From NCBI RefSeq assembly GCF_009914755.1, contig NC_060927.1: 64,000 bases of DNA. One strand, given 5' to 3'. The stretch is from the human T2T-CHM13v2.0 reference genome, Homo sapiens. Under the pieces are notes generated by a model. It had not been told where the DNA came from, searched no databases, and saw nothing but the letters and a program-made list of their open reading frames with translations. Each line of letters begins with the position of its first letter. Position 1 is the stretch's first letter. The position numbers and the translations under genes are program-made. Shown one piece after another: positions 15,801 through 31,630 of the stretch.

Positions 15801-16248
15801 GCCTATTAGACTCCTGCTGTTCTGAGAATCAGCTCCAACCCACTCCTAGCAGCACCCAAGGAACTGGGGCTCCTAGCCTGACTCACAACTCTTGGAAGCT
15901 GCTGACCCCTAGTGTCTGAGGAAAGCATCGGCTCTAGAATCCAGAGGCATGGGTTTACCTCTCATGAGAATCACAGCGGCTGTGACACACTCACACACAC
16001 AAGGAGGTTGTAAGCAAATTAAAACCTTTAGAAGTACTTTAATGAGTAAGTGAGTTTAATTGAAAGTCTTCCAAAGACACTGTAAGACTTAGGCCTCCCT
16101 CACCTTGCTGATCAGCAACCTCAGAACACTCTCTGTAGTCCTTTTCACACCTGTAAATTGTCATCCACAGTGTGTCTTTCTCTCTAGACAGAGGGTGTGC
16201 TTTTTGAGGGTGGGGCCTAAGTGCAAAACACCCAGCTCCTCACCTTGA

Positions 16249-16682
<434 letters not shown>

Positions 16683-18409
16683 AATTGTATTCCTAATAGG
16701 ACAACTAAGCAATCAATTGTGTTTTGAAGCTGCATGTTATACGAATGGGAAAATATTCCAACAACCCCAAATACACATCTAAGCAGCTGCTTTTGTGTTG
16801 TGGAATACCCACTATCTGGTCAGTAGAGAAAGCAGAATTTTTTATTATAAGCAGATCAACATTGCTACTGTGAATTCTTTGAGCAGTAGGCAAAGCTGTG
16901 TTAGAATGGGTTCTTCTTTGGTCTGTATGTGGCAGGTAACAGGACTTCTCCTGTGCTTCATGATTTGGGTTAGGAAGAGAGAGGAAAGGCAACAACATGG
17001 TAATTATAATATAGAATGACTCAAGACAAGAAAGAATAGGTTTTTGTTTTGTTTTGCTCTTAATTGACTTGTAATTCAAGCGTGAAATGTGGCAGCTTTC
17101 AGGATTGGAGAAACTTTGCACAAACCCAATATTAGAAGTTAACTGCCATTAGCTGTGGAGGGCACCAAAGGACAGAGAGGATTTCTCAATCTGGGAGCTG
17201 AAGGCGAGTTCTGGGGAACAGCAGCAGCCACAGCTGTAGAAATCCTGACAGCTGTTCAGTCTTGGCAGGCAGGGCTGCTGCTCACACTGGAGAAGCTGCG
17301 GGGCTTCCTGAGCAGGGCCCTCCACTCGCGTGGTGCCTGTAAGACCTGCTCTGGAGTGGAGGCATGCACCATCTTTCTTTTCCCCTTTTCACAGAGGAGG
17401 AGAAAAATGGGCAGATAAGTATCATAGCGGTCAGGTAGGTCATGGGATAGGGAAAAAAATCAATCATTGAAAAGGAGTGACTGGAAAACCACACTGTAAC
17501 ATTGTGCCCTAAAGTATTGTATCAGTTTTGCCAGCCTGCACTTGTCTCTTAATTATGTAAACTAAATGCTATGTGTTATCAAGATTGTCATTATTACAAT
17601 TTTGTTACTTTGTAGAGAATAAACATAGATAATAAATATTAGTTCTACATTTCAGTTGACAGATTTCACAATTTTGCTTCAGAGTCCTTCTTTGGGATAC
17701 ATCGCCTTCTTGCAGAAATAAGGATTTTGTTCAGTCAGTGTTTAACAGAGACTTTTAAAAGCTACTAAAGTTGCAAACCACTTAAGAGTTGTAAGTCTAT
17801 CATAGTCCACCCATTTGAACAGTCCCCTGTTTTAACCTGTATTTGTGCTTCGGGGAGAAAGTGGATGGAAGAGGCTCCACGCTGGCTTAGTCACACTGAT
17901 GTATGAATAAACGGGCAAGTAATGGATGACCTGGGGTTCATGCCAGCCAACTCACCTGCACACCTGCTTTCACAAGCACTTGACAAGGCACCTACCTTTC
18001 TTAATGTGCCAAGTACATAATCTCTCTGATTCTGTAAAAAGATTAGCTGTTAGGAAGATTACAAAACTTTGGGTACAAAAATAAGAGTATTTTTAGAATT
18101 TTGTTCTCCATGTGTTAATTTTATCTTCAGTGGGTTTTGTTTGTTTTGCTACCTCTGCCCCACATCATAATTTATGTGTGTGTTTGTGTGTGTGTGCTGA
18201 ATAGATGATCTCTAAGTAGGAAAATTCTCTTGGGAAAAATTCTCAGCATGAGAAATGTGGGGAAAATACAGCTGGACAGCTGTTTAATTTTGCCAAGAAA
18301 AAAATGAGGACTTGTTCTTTGCTGGTGCATGAGACAGGGCTGTGTCACTGCAGTGTGAGTTGTGAAGGAGAGAAGCAAACACACAGGCAAGTGTTTACAC
18401 CTGCTGCCT

Positions 18410-18580
18410 TCTTAAGTCCTCCCAATAACCCTGTAAGGCAGGTACTACTTCTCTTGTACAGAGGAGGAAATTGAGGCCTAGCTAAGTTATGCAGTGTGCC
18501 CAAAGCATAGCTAAACAGTGTGGCCAATTTTTAAATCCAGATGTTTCTAACTCAAGAGCCCTGTTCTTCTTACTATACCA
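18410..18580 (-). mobile_element. MIR
   Basis: aataaccctgtaaggcaggtact...cagaggaggaaattgaggc. Confidence 0.75.
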
Positions 18581-18859
18581 AATGGCTCAGCCCTCAAGTT
18601 GTTGTCTTAGAAATAAAAATACAAACAACAAGGAACATTTGTTCAGCTTAGTGTTTCTCAACAGAGTAAGAGATAGCTTCTCTGGAGCCCTTATGCTTTC
18701 ACTAAAAATTCAATTGTTTTGTTTTTATTTTGATAAGAACCCATTAATATTAAGCATATTCTGGTTCATCACCTTATAAGCAAGGACTGCTCTGTGATAT
18801 AAGTAATGCTGGTTCTATCTGTGTTTACATTGACACCAAAAACTGTTTCTCAACCCCCA

Positions 18860-19345
18860 GAGATTTCAAGCTAATTTACCCAATATCCATTCTTCCCCTC
18901 TACCTTACTAACAGAACCCTAATTTGCCTGGAATCAGCAATAGTCCTATGCTTCTCAGACTCCCTTGCAGTTACAAATGTTCATGTGGCAAGGTTTTAGC
19001 TCATGATATCTGAGCTATTAGATGGGGCTTCCCAGAAAGATCCTTAAAGTGGCTGACTTTTAAGATAGATAGAGGACATATCAGGTATTAAGCTGGTAAG
19101 AGCAGGTGCTACATTTGATCTCAGACAAAAGGTCAAGAAGCAATGGTCAATGTCTTTCTCACTCTCCAGTCTTTCTCCTCATCTAGCCAGGAAGGAAGGT
19201 GAGATATGACCATGAGGGCAAGAACACATACTAGCGTGGTGGAGGCAAAGATATAAGGAGTCTGGGTCTCTAATGACTACAAAAAACCCCTCATTATACC
19301 AGCCCAGGGTGTGGCTGTCTGCAGACACTTCATTATATACAAAAA
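18860..19345 (+). mobile_element. Old MLT1 (I/J-like) LTR; probable remainder at ~22880-22950 after the nested insertions
   Basis: ccattcttcccct...aacagaaccctaatt...cagactcccttgcagtta; aagtcactgttatatggactttctga...gataca resumes downstream. Confidence 0.55.
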
Positions 19346-19356
19346 ATAAGCTAATT

Positions 19357-19545
<189 letters not shown>

Positions 19546-20175
19546 TTTTTTTTTCTTTCTTTTTTTTTTTTTTATTATACTTTAAGTTCTAGGGTGCATG
19601 TGCACAACATGCAGGTTTGTTACATAGGTATACATGTGCCATGTTGCTTTTCTGCATCCATCAACTCATCATTTACATTAGGTATTCTCCTAATGCTATC
19701 CCTCCCCCAGCCCCCAACCCCCCGCAACAGGCCCCAGTGTGTGATGTTCCCTGCCCTGTGTCCATGTGTTCTCATTGTTCAACTACCACTGATGAGTGAG
19801 AACAAGCAGTGTTTAGTTTTCTGTCCTTGTGATAGTTTGCTTAGAATGATGGTTCCAAGTTTCGTCCATGTCCCTGCAAAGGACATGAACTCATCCTTTT
19901 TTATGGCTGCATAGTATTCCATGGTGTGTATGTGCCACATTTTCTTAATCCAGTCTATCATTGATGGACATTTGGGTTGGTTCCAAGTCTTTGCTATTGT
20001 GAATAGTGCCACAATAAACATACATGTGCATTTATAGTAGTATGATTTGTAATCCTTTGGGTATATACCCAGTAATGGGATGGCTGGATCAAATGGTATT
20101 TCTAGTTCTAGATCCTTGAGGAATTGCCACACTGTCTTCCACAATGGTTGAACTAATTTATGTTCCCACCATCAG
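19546..20175 (-). mobile_element. L1PA-type LINE-1 3' fragment (ORF2 C-terminus, 3'UTR, poly-A)
   Basis: T-tract then ttattatactttaagttctaggg; minus ORF 19779-20144 WKTVWQFLKDLELEIPFDPAIPLLGIYPKDYK...WNQPKCPSMIDWIKKMW matches the L1 ORF2p C-terminus. Confidence 0.97.
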
Positions 20176-20178
20176 GTA

Positions 20179-20252
20179 AGCCGAGATGGCGCCATTGTAC
20201 TCCAGCCTGGGCAATGAGAGCAAAACTCCATCTCAAAAAAAAAAAAAAAAAG
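20179..20252 (+). mobile_element. Duplicate of the 3' end of the Alu at 19357-19545
   Basis: agccgagatggcgccattgtactccagcctgggcaatgagagcaaaactccatctc-A17. Confidence 0.9.
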
Positions 20253-20291
20253 AAGCTAATTTTTAAAATAGCTTTATTAACATATGATTTA

Positions 20292-20918
<627 letters not shown>

Positions 20919-22533
20919 TCAAATTCACCTGTTTTAAATGCACAGTGATTTTTAGTAAGCATAGTTTTGTTCAAACATCCCCACAACCAAATGTAGAACC
21001 TTTCTGTTATTCCCAAAACATTCCTCTTGCTCATTGGCAGTCTATCCTCATTCCTACTACCAGGCCAAGGCAACCACCGATCCACTGTCTTTATAAATCT
21101 GCCTTTTCTGAACATTTCATATAAATGGGATCATAGAATATCCAATCTTTTACATCTGGCTTCTTTCACTTAACATATTGTTTTTGATAGTCTTCCATGC
21201 TGTAGCACATAACAGTAGTTCCTTCTTGTTGCTGAATAATATTCTATTGTATGGCCGTATTATATTTTGGTCGTCCATTTACCAGTTGATGGACATGTGG
21301 ATTGTCTTCACTTTTTAGACCTTATGAATAATGTTGCATGAATACATATACATCTTTGTGTAGATGTATGTTTCCATTTCTCTTGGGTAGATTCTCAGGA
21401 GAGGAATTGCAAGATCATATGGTAAATTTATGTTTCATTTTATAAGAAACTGCCAAACTGTTTTCCAAAGTAAGCACACTATCTTATATTCCCATCGGCA
21501 ATGTATGAGGCTTACGGTTTTTTCATATTCTTATCAAAAATTATTTTGTCTTTTTATTATATTCCTTCTACTGGGCACGAAGTATAATAGCATCTCCTTG
21601 TAGTTTTAATTTTCATTTACCTCACGACTAATGATGTTGAGCACCTTTTCAAATGCTTATTAGCCATTCATATTTCTTTGGTGAAATACCTATTCAACTG
21701 TTGCCCATTTTTAATTGGCTTGTCTTATTATTAACTTACAAGTGATTTTTATATATTCTGGATACAAATCCTTTACCAGAAATAGTATTTGTGTATATTT
21801 TCTCCCAGACTGTGGCTTGCTTTTCATTTTCTTACTGATGTTTCTTGAAGCACAAAAGTTTTTAATTTTGATGAAGTCAATTTTTTCAGTTTTTCCTTTC
21901 ATGGATTATGCTGTTGCTGTTGTGTTTAAGAACTCTTTGTCTAACTTAAGGTTGCAAAGATCTTCTGCTTTCTTCTACAAGTTTTATAGTTTTAGCTTTT
22001 ACATTTGGCATATGATTCATTTTGAGTTCATTTTTGTGTATAGTGTGAGGTATCTAAATTCATCTTTCTGCATGCAGATATCCAGTTGTCCCAGCACCAT
22101 CTGTTGAAAAGACTGTCCTTTCCCCATTGAATTACCTTGGCACCTTTGTCAAAAAATCAATGGACTATAAATGTAAAGTTTTATTTCTAGACTCTCAATT
22201 CTGTTCCATTGATCTACATGTCTACCCTTATGCCAGTACCACACAGTCTTAATTAATGTAGCTTTATAGTAAGTTTTAAAATTGGGAAGTCTTAAGTTTT
22301 CCAACTTTGTTCTTTTTTAAGATTGTTTTTGCTTTTCTAGGTCCTTTGCATTTCCATATACATTTTAGGATCAGCTTGTCAATTCCTGCCCAAAAGCCTG
22401 CTGGAATTTTTATAGGAATTATGTTGAATCTATAGATCACGTTGAGGGGCATTGCTATTTTAATAATACTGAGTCTTCCAATTCCTTTATTTAGATCTTT
22501 CTTCTTATAATTTCTCTTAGCAATGTTTTGTAG

Positions 22534-22860
<327 letters not shown>

Positions 22861-23335
22861 TAAGTCTTGCACTTCTTTTGTTCCTAATTTTTCAAGTCAC
22901 TGTTATATGGACTTTCTGATACATAAGGCCAAATTGAACTCATGATACATATTCTTATCACCAAATAAAATGGAAAATTTAAACAAGTGGAGGTGTACTT
23001 AATATACATAAATGATATTTCTATGTTAAGGCCAAATGGTGCATTGTGTAAACGAACAGTTTCACAGTGGAAACAATGGAGAAAACCGAATTATTACATG
23101 GCGTGCATATCCAGTCCAAATGAACCTTGTCCTTACAGTCAGTACCGTATGTATATAAGCCAATAAAACAACGTCACATGGCACAATAATCAGTATTGTT
23201 AATTGAAATTAATTGTATTCTATTTTTGTTTATATTTTGTAAATTCACTTGGATTTGTATAAGTGTTATTAGCAAAAGGAATTTACACCTAGTTTTACAT
23301 GTATTGGCTCAATATTTTTTTCCTTTAATAGGTGT

Positions 23336-23749
23336 TGTCTTAGTTCATTTTCTGTTGCCATAACCGAATACCTGAGAGACTGGGTAATTTATAAGGAAAA
23401 GAGGTTTGTCTGGTTCACAATTCCAGAGGCTGGGAAGTCCAAGAAGCATGGTGCTGGCATCTTCTCAGCTTCAGGTGAGGGCTTTATGCTGTATCACAAC
23501 ATGGCAGAGAAAGGCCGAGAACCAGAAGGGAAAGCAGGAGTGTGCAGAAAGGGACAAAACATGAGAGGCAGCCTTGCTTTATAACAGCCTGCTCTCTCAG
23601 TGACTAAGAGATGGTATTAATCCCTTTCTGAGGGTGGATTCCTCAACCAAATGCCTCTTAAAGGTTCCACCACCTCTCAACACCATTACGTTGGGGACCA
23701 AGCTTCAACATGAGTTTTGGAGGGAGCTGACCATATTCAAACCATAGCA
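23336..23749 (-). mobile_element. MSTB-like MaLR LTR
   Basis: tgtcttagttcattttctgttgc...gactgggtaatttataag ... catattcaaaccatagca. Confidence 0.85.
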
Positions 23750-23969
23750 GCTATCTATTTTGTACTCACTATTGTGAAACACTGGCTCTAGTTTTTTTTT
23801 ACTTTACAAAGCATTTTCAATTCACCATCTTATTATTCTCACAGTAACACTGGAGCTTGGGTAAAATAGGGCTTTTTAAAATTCCCGTATTGTAAATCAT
23901 GAAACTAAGATTCACAGAAATTAAGTGATGTTTGTAATTGTATACGTCCATAAGTGGCAGTTCTGTGAT

Positions 23970-24282
23970 TGCTGAGTGCAGTAGCTCACACCTGTAACCC
24001 CAGCACTTAGGAAGGATCTCTTGAGCCCAGGAGGCAGGAGGATCTCCTAAGCCCAGGAGTCTGAGACCAGCCTGGGCAACCTGGGGAGACCCCGTCTCTA
24101 CAAAAGTTTTAAAAATTTGCCATGTGTGATGTGCTCCTGTGGTCCCAGCTACTCAGGAGGCTGAGGTGGGAGGATCACTTGAGGCCAGGAGTTCGAGGCT
24201 GCACTGAGGAGCGATCACACCACTGCACTCCAGCCTGGGCAACAGAGTGAGACGCTATCTCAAAAAAAAAAGAAGAAGAAGA
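23970..24282 (+). mobile_element. AluJ with a ~20-bp internal duplication, inserted in a MIR
   Basis: ggatctcttgagcccaggag / ggatctcctaagcccaggag at 24014-24059; MIR flanks at ~23810-23965 and ~24285-24330. Confidence 0.88.
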
Positions 24283-24569
24283 AGTAAAATTAGGAGTTCA
24301 GGCTCCAAATCTCTTACTCTTTCCTCTATATCTGTATTGATTATTGATCACTTCCTTAAACCCTGCTAGGATACAAGAGAAATATAAAACTTTTGGAAAG
24401 CTTTATAGGTACCAAGATAAAACTAATATGAAGCATAGTAAAGCTAGGGTTAATATAATGGAGGCCACAGCCCAGACTCTAGATTCTAGCAGCATCTATA
24501 GAAAACAGACAACTATCCAGACCTGAGAGTTGAGTGGGAAACACGCCCTGAGCAATGCAGAAGATGTTG

Positions 24570-25000
24570 TCAGGCAGCCCAGATCTACAACACTCCCTCC
24601 ACCCGCTTCCAGGAGGGAAGGACTTCCTTCTTCAGCTGCTGGTAATGTTGGCAGCTGACAGTGCTCAGCTGAGACCCTCTTCGGGATTGCCTGTGGCTGA
24701 GGAGAACTAGGATGCCCAAGGTAGGAGCAGTAGCAACCCATATCCAAAGACAGGTTGATGCTGGGACATGAAGGCCTGGACCTTTCACCCGGCTTGGATC
24801 CACTTTGAACGCCCAGCCCCGTTGCAGAGCATCCTCCTGGATCAGTCAGGCTTTTGTTTGCAGCTGCATCAGAATTCAGCCTCTCCCTCTGCCCTGTTTT
24901 ACTGCCTGTATTCCCTCACAGGTGTTGCCCCAGAGCACTCTGAATAAACTTCCTGCCTGTGAATCTCTACCAGAGAGTCAGCTTCCTGCACCCAGTGCTC
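24570..25000 (+). mobile_element. LTR16-like ERVL LTR
   Basis: ggcagctgacagtgctcagctg ... ccagagcactctgaataaacttcctgcctgtgaatctct...agagtcagcttcctg. Confidence 0.7.
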
Positions 25001-26493
25001 TATAAGGTTTCTAGGCAACAGGAAATGCCCTAAAGGCCAGAATTCCTCTCGCGGGTATAGCAGAGAGTAAACAGAGTAGTGTTTTGTAGTGGCTACAAAA
25101 GAAAAGGGCAATGGTGGTGGACTTTAAAAGACAGGATGAGCTGTCAGCCCTGATGGGGAGCCCCCAGAAAGCTGTAGCTGGCCCATGTGCCGCACATTTT
25201 GCCGAGTAGGGATACTGCCGAGCCCCCGATGTTCTGTTTGTAAAGTGGGTGTGTAGCCCAGGTATCAGCTCTCATCTTCACTGCCAACTGTCCTCTTCAG
25301 CTGCAGTCCTATGAATTGGGCCCTGAAGCTGGAACCGGAAGATCTGATTTTAGATCTCCCTTGCCAATTTTGTGGCTTTGTGATTCTAGAAGTTGTATTT
25401 CTCGTTTGAAAAATGGGTATGCTTTGAGGATTGAAATGATCCTAATTTCAGGGGCTCTTCATGAGTGTCATGCGACAGGAGGATTTCATGGTCAAGTAAG
25501 TCTGGGTGACACTAGGCCAAACTAAGTTTAATTGATTTCTGAGGATTTCTCAGTCTTTTATATGTTGCTTTTCCTTCTGAGTTCCTTAAGGAGGGGGTGT
25601 AATCCAAATCATCTGAACCCATCAGGAAGACTTCTTGCTGCGGACACCCTCCATGGAGCATTAATAAGCCTGGATCTTGCTGGAGTCATGTTGAGAAGAC
25701 CTGTCCCATCCCATAATGGACAGTTAACAAATTTAAAATTAGACTCTCTTGATTACCGTGGTCTGCACTGCCCTAACCTTAAACCAAGTTAGGAGTCTCA
25801 GAAATATCGGAAGAGTTCCCAGTGATGCTGGCACTCATGATCGATGTGTTTTTGGTTATTTACATTTGGTAAGCTGTAATTTACCTCAAGGATACCTCCA
25901 AATCTGTGTTCAAGACATGTATGTTTTAAAGAATGTTACTCTCTCAAGCTTTTAGACTGGGGAGAAACGTGGCTTTCCAAGGCATACACTCTCCCTTGGA
26001 ACAGTAGTAGCCATCATGTGTTGGAACTTATAGTTGACACCTTGGGGGGATGAAATGATATGTTGAAAAGGACGCCGAAGGTGTGTCTGGGCTGTGGGAA
26101 TAAGAGTGCTATGATGCATTAGTGATGTCGCCCATTAACAACAGCATTCTCCACCTTCATTTTAGACCACAGTTAAGTTTACCATATATACTCCTTTACC
26201 TTTTGAAGACAGTAGGAGAATAAATTATTTAAACCCTCTCAAGTGCAGTGTGTTCAAAAGTAACTCATCATCATCTTCTCCCCTTCTATGCCAGTTCTCT
26301 CCATGTCACATGATGGTGGTGGTCTCCAGGAACACACCCATGATTCCTACCTGGTCTTCGTTTCCCATAACCCATCAGTCACCAAGTCTTGCCAATTTAC
26401 CTTCCAAATGTGTCTCAAATCACTCCCCTTCCCATCCCAGATGCCACCCCCGTTCTGCAAATGCTATTAACTGTCACCTCAACCTCAACATAG

Positions 26494-27144
<651 letters not shown>

Positions 27145-29464
27145 TCTGCCTCTGATCCTGTACTCTTTAAGCTCCTCCCCTAATCTACCTACCTGACTGC
27201 CTATTCAAGTGTGTCTCATTCTCAAACACTGTAATGACTTCCTCAGGGTAAAGCCTAACATAAATTCAGCACTACATAACTCCTATATCAGCCCTGCTGA
27301 CCTCTGGTCTCATTTCTTACCACTCCCTTGTACTCTAACAAAACCAGTCTGCTGACCTGCCTAACTCGTGCTGTCTCTAGCTTCCATGCCTTTGTTTTTG
27401 TGGTACCCTTTGCCTGAAATGTTTTGTCCACTCTATCTCTTTCTTGCTCAGTTAATTCCTACTCATCACTGAAACGCAGAGCTCAGACATCACCCACTCC
27501 AGAAAATCTTTCCTGACCCCCCGGCTTGATTAGAGCCCTAACCAATTATATATATTGTGCTATAAATAAATAATATAAATATGATATATAGTATAATTCT
27601 TTGTTTATGTGTCTATCTTTGCCTTAAGGCTGGGACTGTGTCTTATCTCTGTATTCCTTGAGCCTGTTACCATGCCTGCATTTATCTCAAGCGCTTAATA
27701 AATATGCGTGGATTAAATGAAGGAATTAAATACCTATGATGAATAAAACTAAGCTAATAGTGACCCATCAACATCAGAAATATAACCAATACTTAGGTAA
27801 AGAATTTTCTTTTGCAGACTAAGAATGATTGCTTTGCATGGCTGGTGAAGTCTGAAGGAGAAAAGCAAGCAATGGGGTGGGGTGGCGGGCTGCGGGTGGC
27901 GGGGTCGAGGAGAGGTGCATTGTCAATGACAGCAGCACTGAGCAGATTCTAATGACTTCACTGTGGTACAAAGCAACCTGGACACTGAATTGCATCTGGT
28001 TTCCAATGAAAGAGAACCACTTAGAGTGCTTAGCTGGGTTTAAAGCAGTTTCCTCACTTTTGTGTGGCCACTCTGGGTGTTTGCCCGTATCTGTACTTCT
28101 GTAGCTGACTTTTTAAAATGCCTGAACTTTGGCTTGTTTTTCTTCATGGATTACTAAAAAAAAAGAATACTTTCTTCTACTAATTAGATTAGATTAAAGT
28201 TAACCCATGGGACCCTTTGGCAAAGTACTGAGTAGATTAATACTTCTTTTCAGCTAGAGTTTTTGTTTTGTTTTGTTTCTGACAACAGAGAAGGAATGGA
28301 GTGTAACCTGTTACCTTCTGGTGAAATTCCTCATTGTGCTTTTGTCGCTGTATTCTTACTGTGTGCAAGACCCGCCAGTCACAGGCTCTAAGTCTAAGCC
28401 TTGGTTTGAACGGCCTTGGGAATAAAGTAGGTTTCCCAGACCCTCCCTAGGGCCCTCATTGTTTTGATTTTCCTTTTTACACATATCCACCTACAGTGTG
28501 CTACAGCCCAAAACCCAAACTTAAAAATAAACATGCAGTCCCCTTTTATTTATCCAATGGTGAGACAGGCCATCAGCAGCTGCAGTAGACTGAAGCCTAG
28601 AGGTAGACCCTCAAGTCAGACAACAGCCCTCTCCACAATAATCAGCCAAGGAGTGTTCACAAAGCCAGCATATCTTACACCCAAGCAGGACAGGAGTGTG
28701 GATCGAGGAGTAAGCTGCTGTGGTGTGGAAATTTCATGCATCCTCAAATGATGTAGATGAAGAAGGCATTTTACATCAAAGTAGCACCTTCTATGCTCTT
28801 ATCGTATGGCCCCAGAGTGCTGTGCCTAATGCTAAAGTTCTGGGGAGAGAAAGTGGTTGAAAAGCTGTAAACAAATAGTTGGGTAGACTTTAAAGTGGGG
28901 ACAATAACACTCTGAGATTCAAAGTAGAAAAGAGCAGGCAAAGTGCAGCATTGATCACTTGGAAACCTCCTGACATTTTGTCACCAGCTTCTCTCCTCTA
29001 TCTCCCCTCTGAGGATTTACTAATCACCTCAGCTTTGTGTCATCCTCCCCAGGAAGGGGCAGTGTGGAGCCGTGGTAGAGCACTGCCTGGGAATCTGCAG
29101 GGCCAGTGGGGCCACCTGCCCGCAGCAGAGCCTTTGTGTGACCGTAGGGAAGCCTGGGGCAGGGAACCACTGCCCCTGCTACCAGCATGCTGTCTGTCAT
29201 CAGCACCAGGAGCTGTGCCAGGGGCTTTGCAATCCTGATCTTATGCAGCCTTCATACTGCAAGCAGCACTTGCTGGAGCAGCCTGTCCAAGGTCACAGAG
29301 CAAAGGTCAGCTGTGTCCAGCATGGAGGCCCTGCTCTAGTCCATGGTCATATCACAGGTCCTTTTCCTTTTTGACAGCATTTGGCTTTTGTAGATTAACA
29401 AAATTATATATTCCAAGTTCTTAATTTTAATTGAAAAAAAATTAACTGTGTGGTCCTTACCCTC

Positions 29465-30026
29465 TGTCTTAGTTGTGTATTGCTGTATAAATAATAGTTT
29501 ACTACAGTTTAAAAAAACAGACATTTACTATCTCACAATTTCTGATCATCAGGAATCCCAGAGCTGCTTAGCTGGTGTTTGTGGCACAGAATTTCTCATG
29601 ACACTTTAGGCAGAATGTGCATTGGGGCTGCAGTCATCTGAAAGCTTGACTGGAACTGCTGGAGGGTCCTCCTCATTCACATGACTGGAGGCTGGAGCCC
29701 TCAATTCCTCACCACGTGGCCCTCTCCGTGGGCTGTTTGTGTGTTTTCATGACATGGCAGATAACTTCCCCCAGTGCTGGTGATCAGAGAGAAAGAAAGA
29801 GTGTGGGAGCTTGGGGGAGAGAGAGAGAGGAAGAAAGAGATGGATGGATGAAGCTGCTGTGCCTCTTTTGACCTAGCCTCTGTGGTAGCAGGTATGTCAC
29901 TTCTGCTTTTTGTTTCTGTAGAATAAAGTCACTATATCCAGCCCACACTTAAGGGGAAGGGAATTAAGCTCTCCTTTTCAAGGGAAGAATATCAAAGAAT
30001 TTAGGGACGTATTTTAAAACCACCTA
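29465..30026 (-). mobile_element. MLT1G/H-like MaLR LTR
   Basis: tgtcttagttgtgtattgctgtataa...catttactatctcacaatttctg ... attttaaaaccacc. Confidence 0.75.
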
Positions 30027-31447
30027 CCTTCCCCAACCCATATATGTAAATCTTCTGAGGCAAAAAACAAAACAAAACAAAAACAGAAAGAAAAAAGCCC
30101 AGCATCACTACTAAAAGTAAATGGCACTGCTCTTTATCTGCTTGACTGTCACTTGCATGTTCTGGTCACCAGTGGCTCCAGTTAAAAAAACATTTCCCCT
30201 TCCCTAAACTGCTTCATAAGGAATGTTTTCATAGCAGAGAAATCTTTACTTTTCAAAGGAATTTATGGGGACTGGAAAGTGTAGAGATAATAATAGTTTG
30301 TCCTCTTGATTAAGCCCTGACTCTAGACCAGGCAGTGTATCTAGGACTGACTTCCATTCTTTGTACTGCAGGCCAGTAGCCTAAGGGAAGCCACCAGGTG
30401 GCTGAGCTGGTGCCTGGGCCCTTCCACAGATTCTTCTGCAGGTGCTTCCATCTTCCTGTCACCCTTAGGTGAGGCGTAGCCCTCAGAGGATGAGGGTTAG
30501 CCCCCAGCTCATTCCTGCATGATATTCCTAGCCACAGGCCAGATGGCTCAGGTAACCAGATCCTGGGAGCCATGTCTCCCAGAGCCAGTTGATCTTGGTT
30601 GGGATTGGCCAGATATTTCTGGCAGTTTTTTGGGGGGATCACATAGACTTGAATGAAAGCTGTACAAGGTTACAAGGCTCACACACCTGGCAACCAGGAG
30701 AACTCTGCTGTTGGCTCTTCCCACCCCTCTGACCAAACTCCTGATGAACATTCTGAAAAAAAGACTTCTATGGCCCCAAAAGAGCAACCCTAAAGTTAAT
30801 TCTGTAGTTTAAAGTGATTTGGGGGGTAAAGGAGCAGAACCAATTCTAGAATAAAGGTGTTTTTACAGCCCACCTCCAGCCCCCACAACCCTACCTTAAT
30901 CAAAATAAGTATTAGGAACTTATTCCACTTAAGGATAAATCAGACACTAAGCCTAAACACTTGAAATTATAATTTCTTCCTGTGAGATGAAATGATTAAA
31001 ATTTCTACAAATTATGATTACACACAGATCCTTTAAAGAAAAATATATATGTATGTATTTTCAAATGAGTTTATCAATATGGTATAGAATATTTTAAAAT
31101 ATTTAACTTTCAGTCTGTCTGAAATGAAATGAATTTTAGTTTATAGGAGTGGGAAGTAAAGTAACTGAAATCTGAAGAAAAGTAAGAAAAGAAGATTGTG
31201 GGTGCAAGAGTGTTAGGAGGTCAGGGTTGAGAGAGATCAGTAGTTTATTTTTTAGGCATGATACCTTTAAGATACTTGTTAAATATGCAAGTGGAAATGA
31301 GCAGTAGGTGGTTGGATAAAGGAGTCTGGAGTTCAGAAGAAGGTCTAGGCTAGAGGTACAAGTGACTAGCCAAGAAAATGGATGACCTTACCCAGAAAGT
31401 GAGTTTAGATTGAGAAGAACTCTAAGGACTAATCCTTGGATATTGTG

Positions 31448-31630
31448 TAGTGTTATACAATAGAACTTTCTTCCAAGATGGAAATGTTCTCTATCGTCAC
31501 TGTCCAGTACAACAGCCACTAGACACATGTGGCTGTTGAGCACTTAAAACATGGCTAGTGCAACTGGGAAACTGAATTTTTAATTTTATTCAGTTTAAAT
31601 AGCCACATGTAGTTAGTGACTACAGCTCCA
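31448..31630. mobile_element. MER3 (hAT-Charlie)
   Basis: caatagaactttc...gatggaaatgttct...gccactagacacatgtggc...aaactgaatttttaatttta. Confidence 0.85.

Noticed and set aside
19779-20144. 121-aa ORF matching L1 ORF2p
   Set aside because: Only the 3' end of a truncated L1, with no promoter, endonuclease or RT domain.
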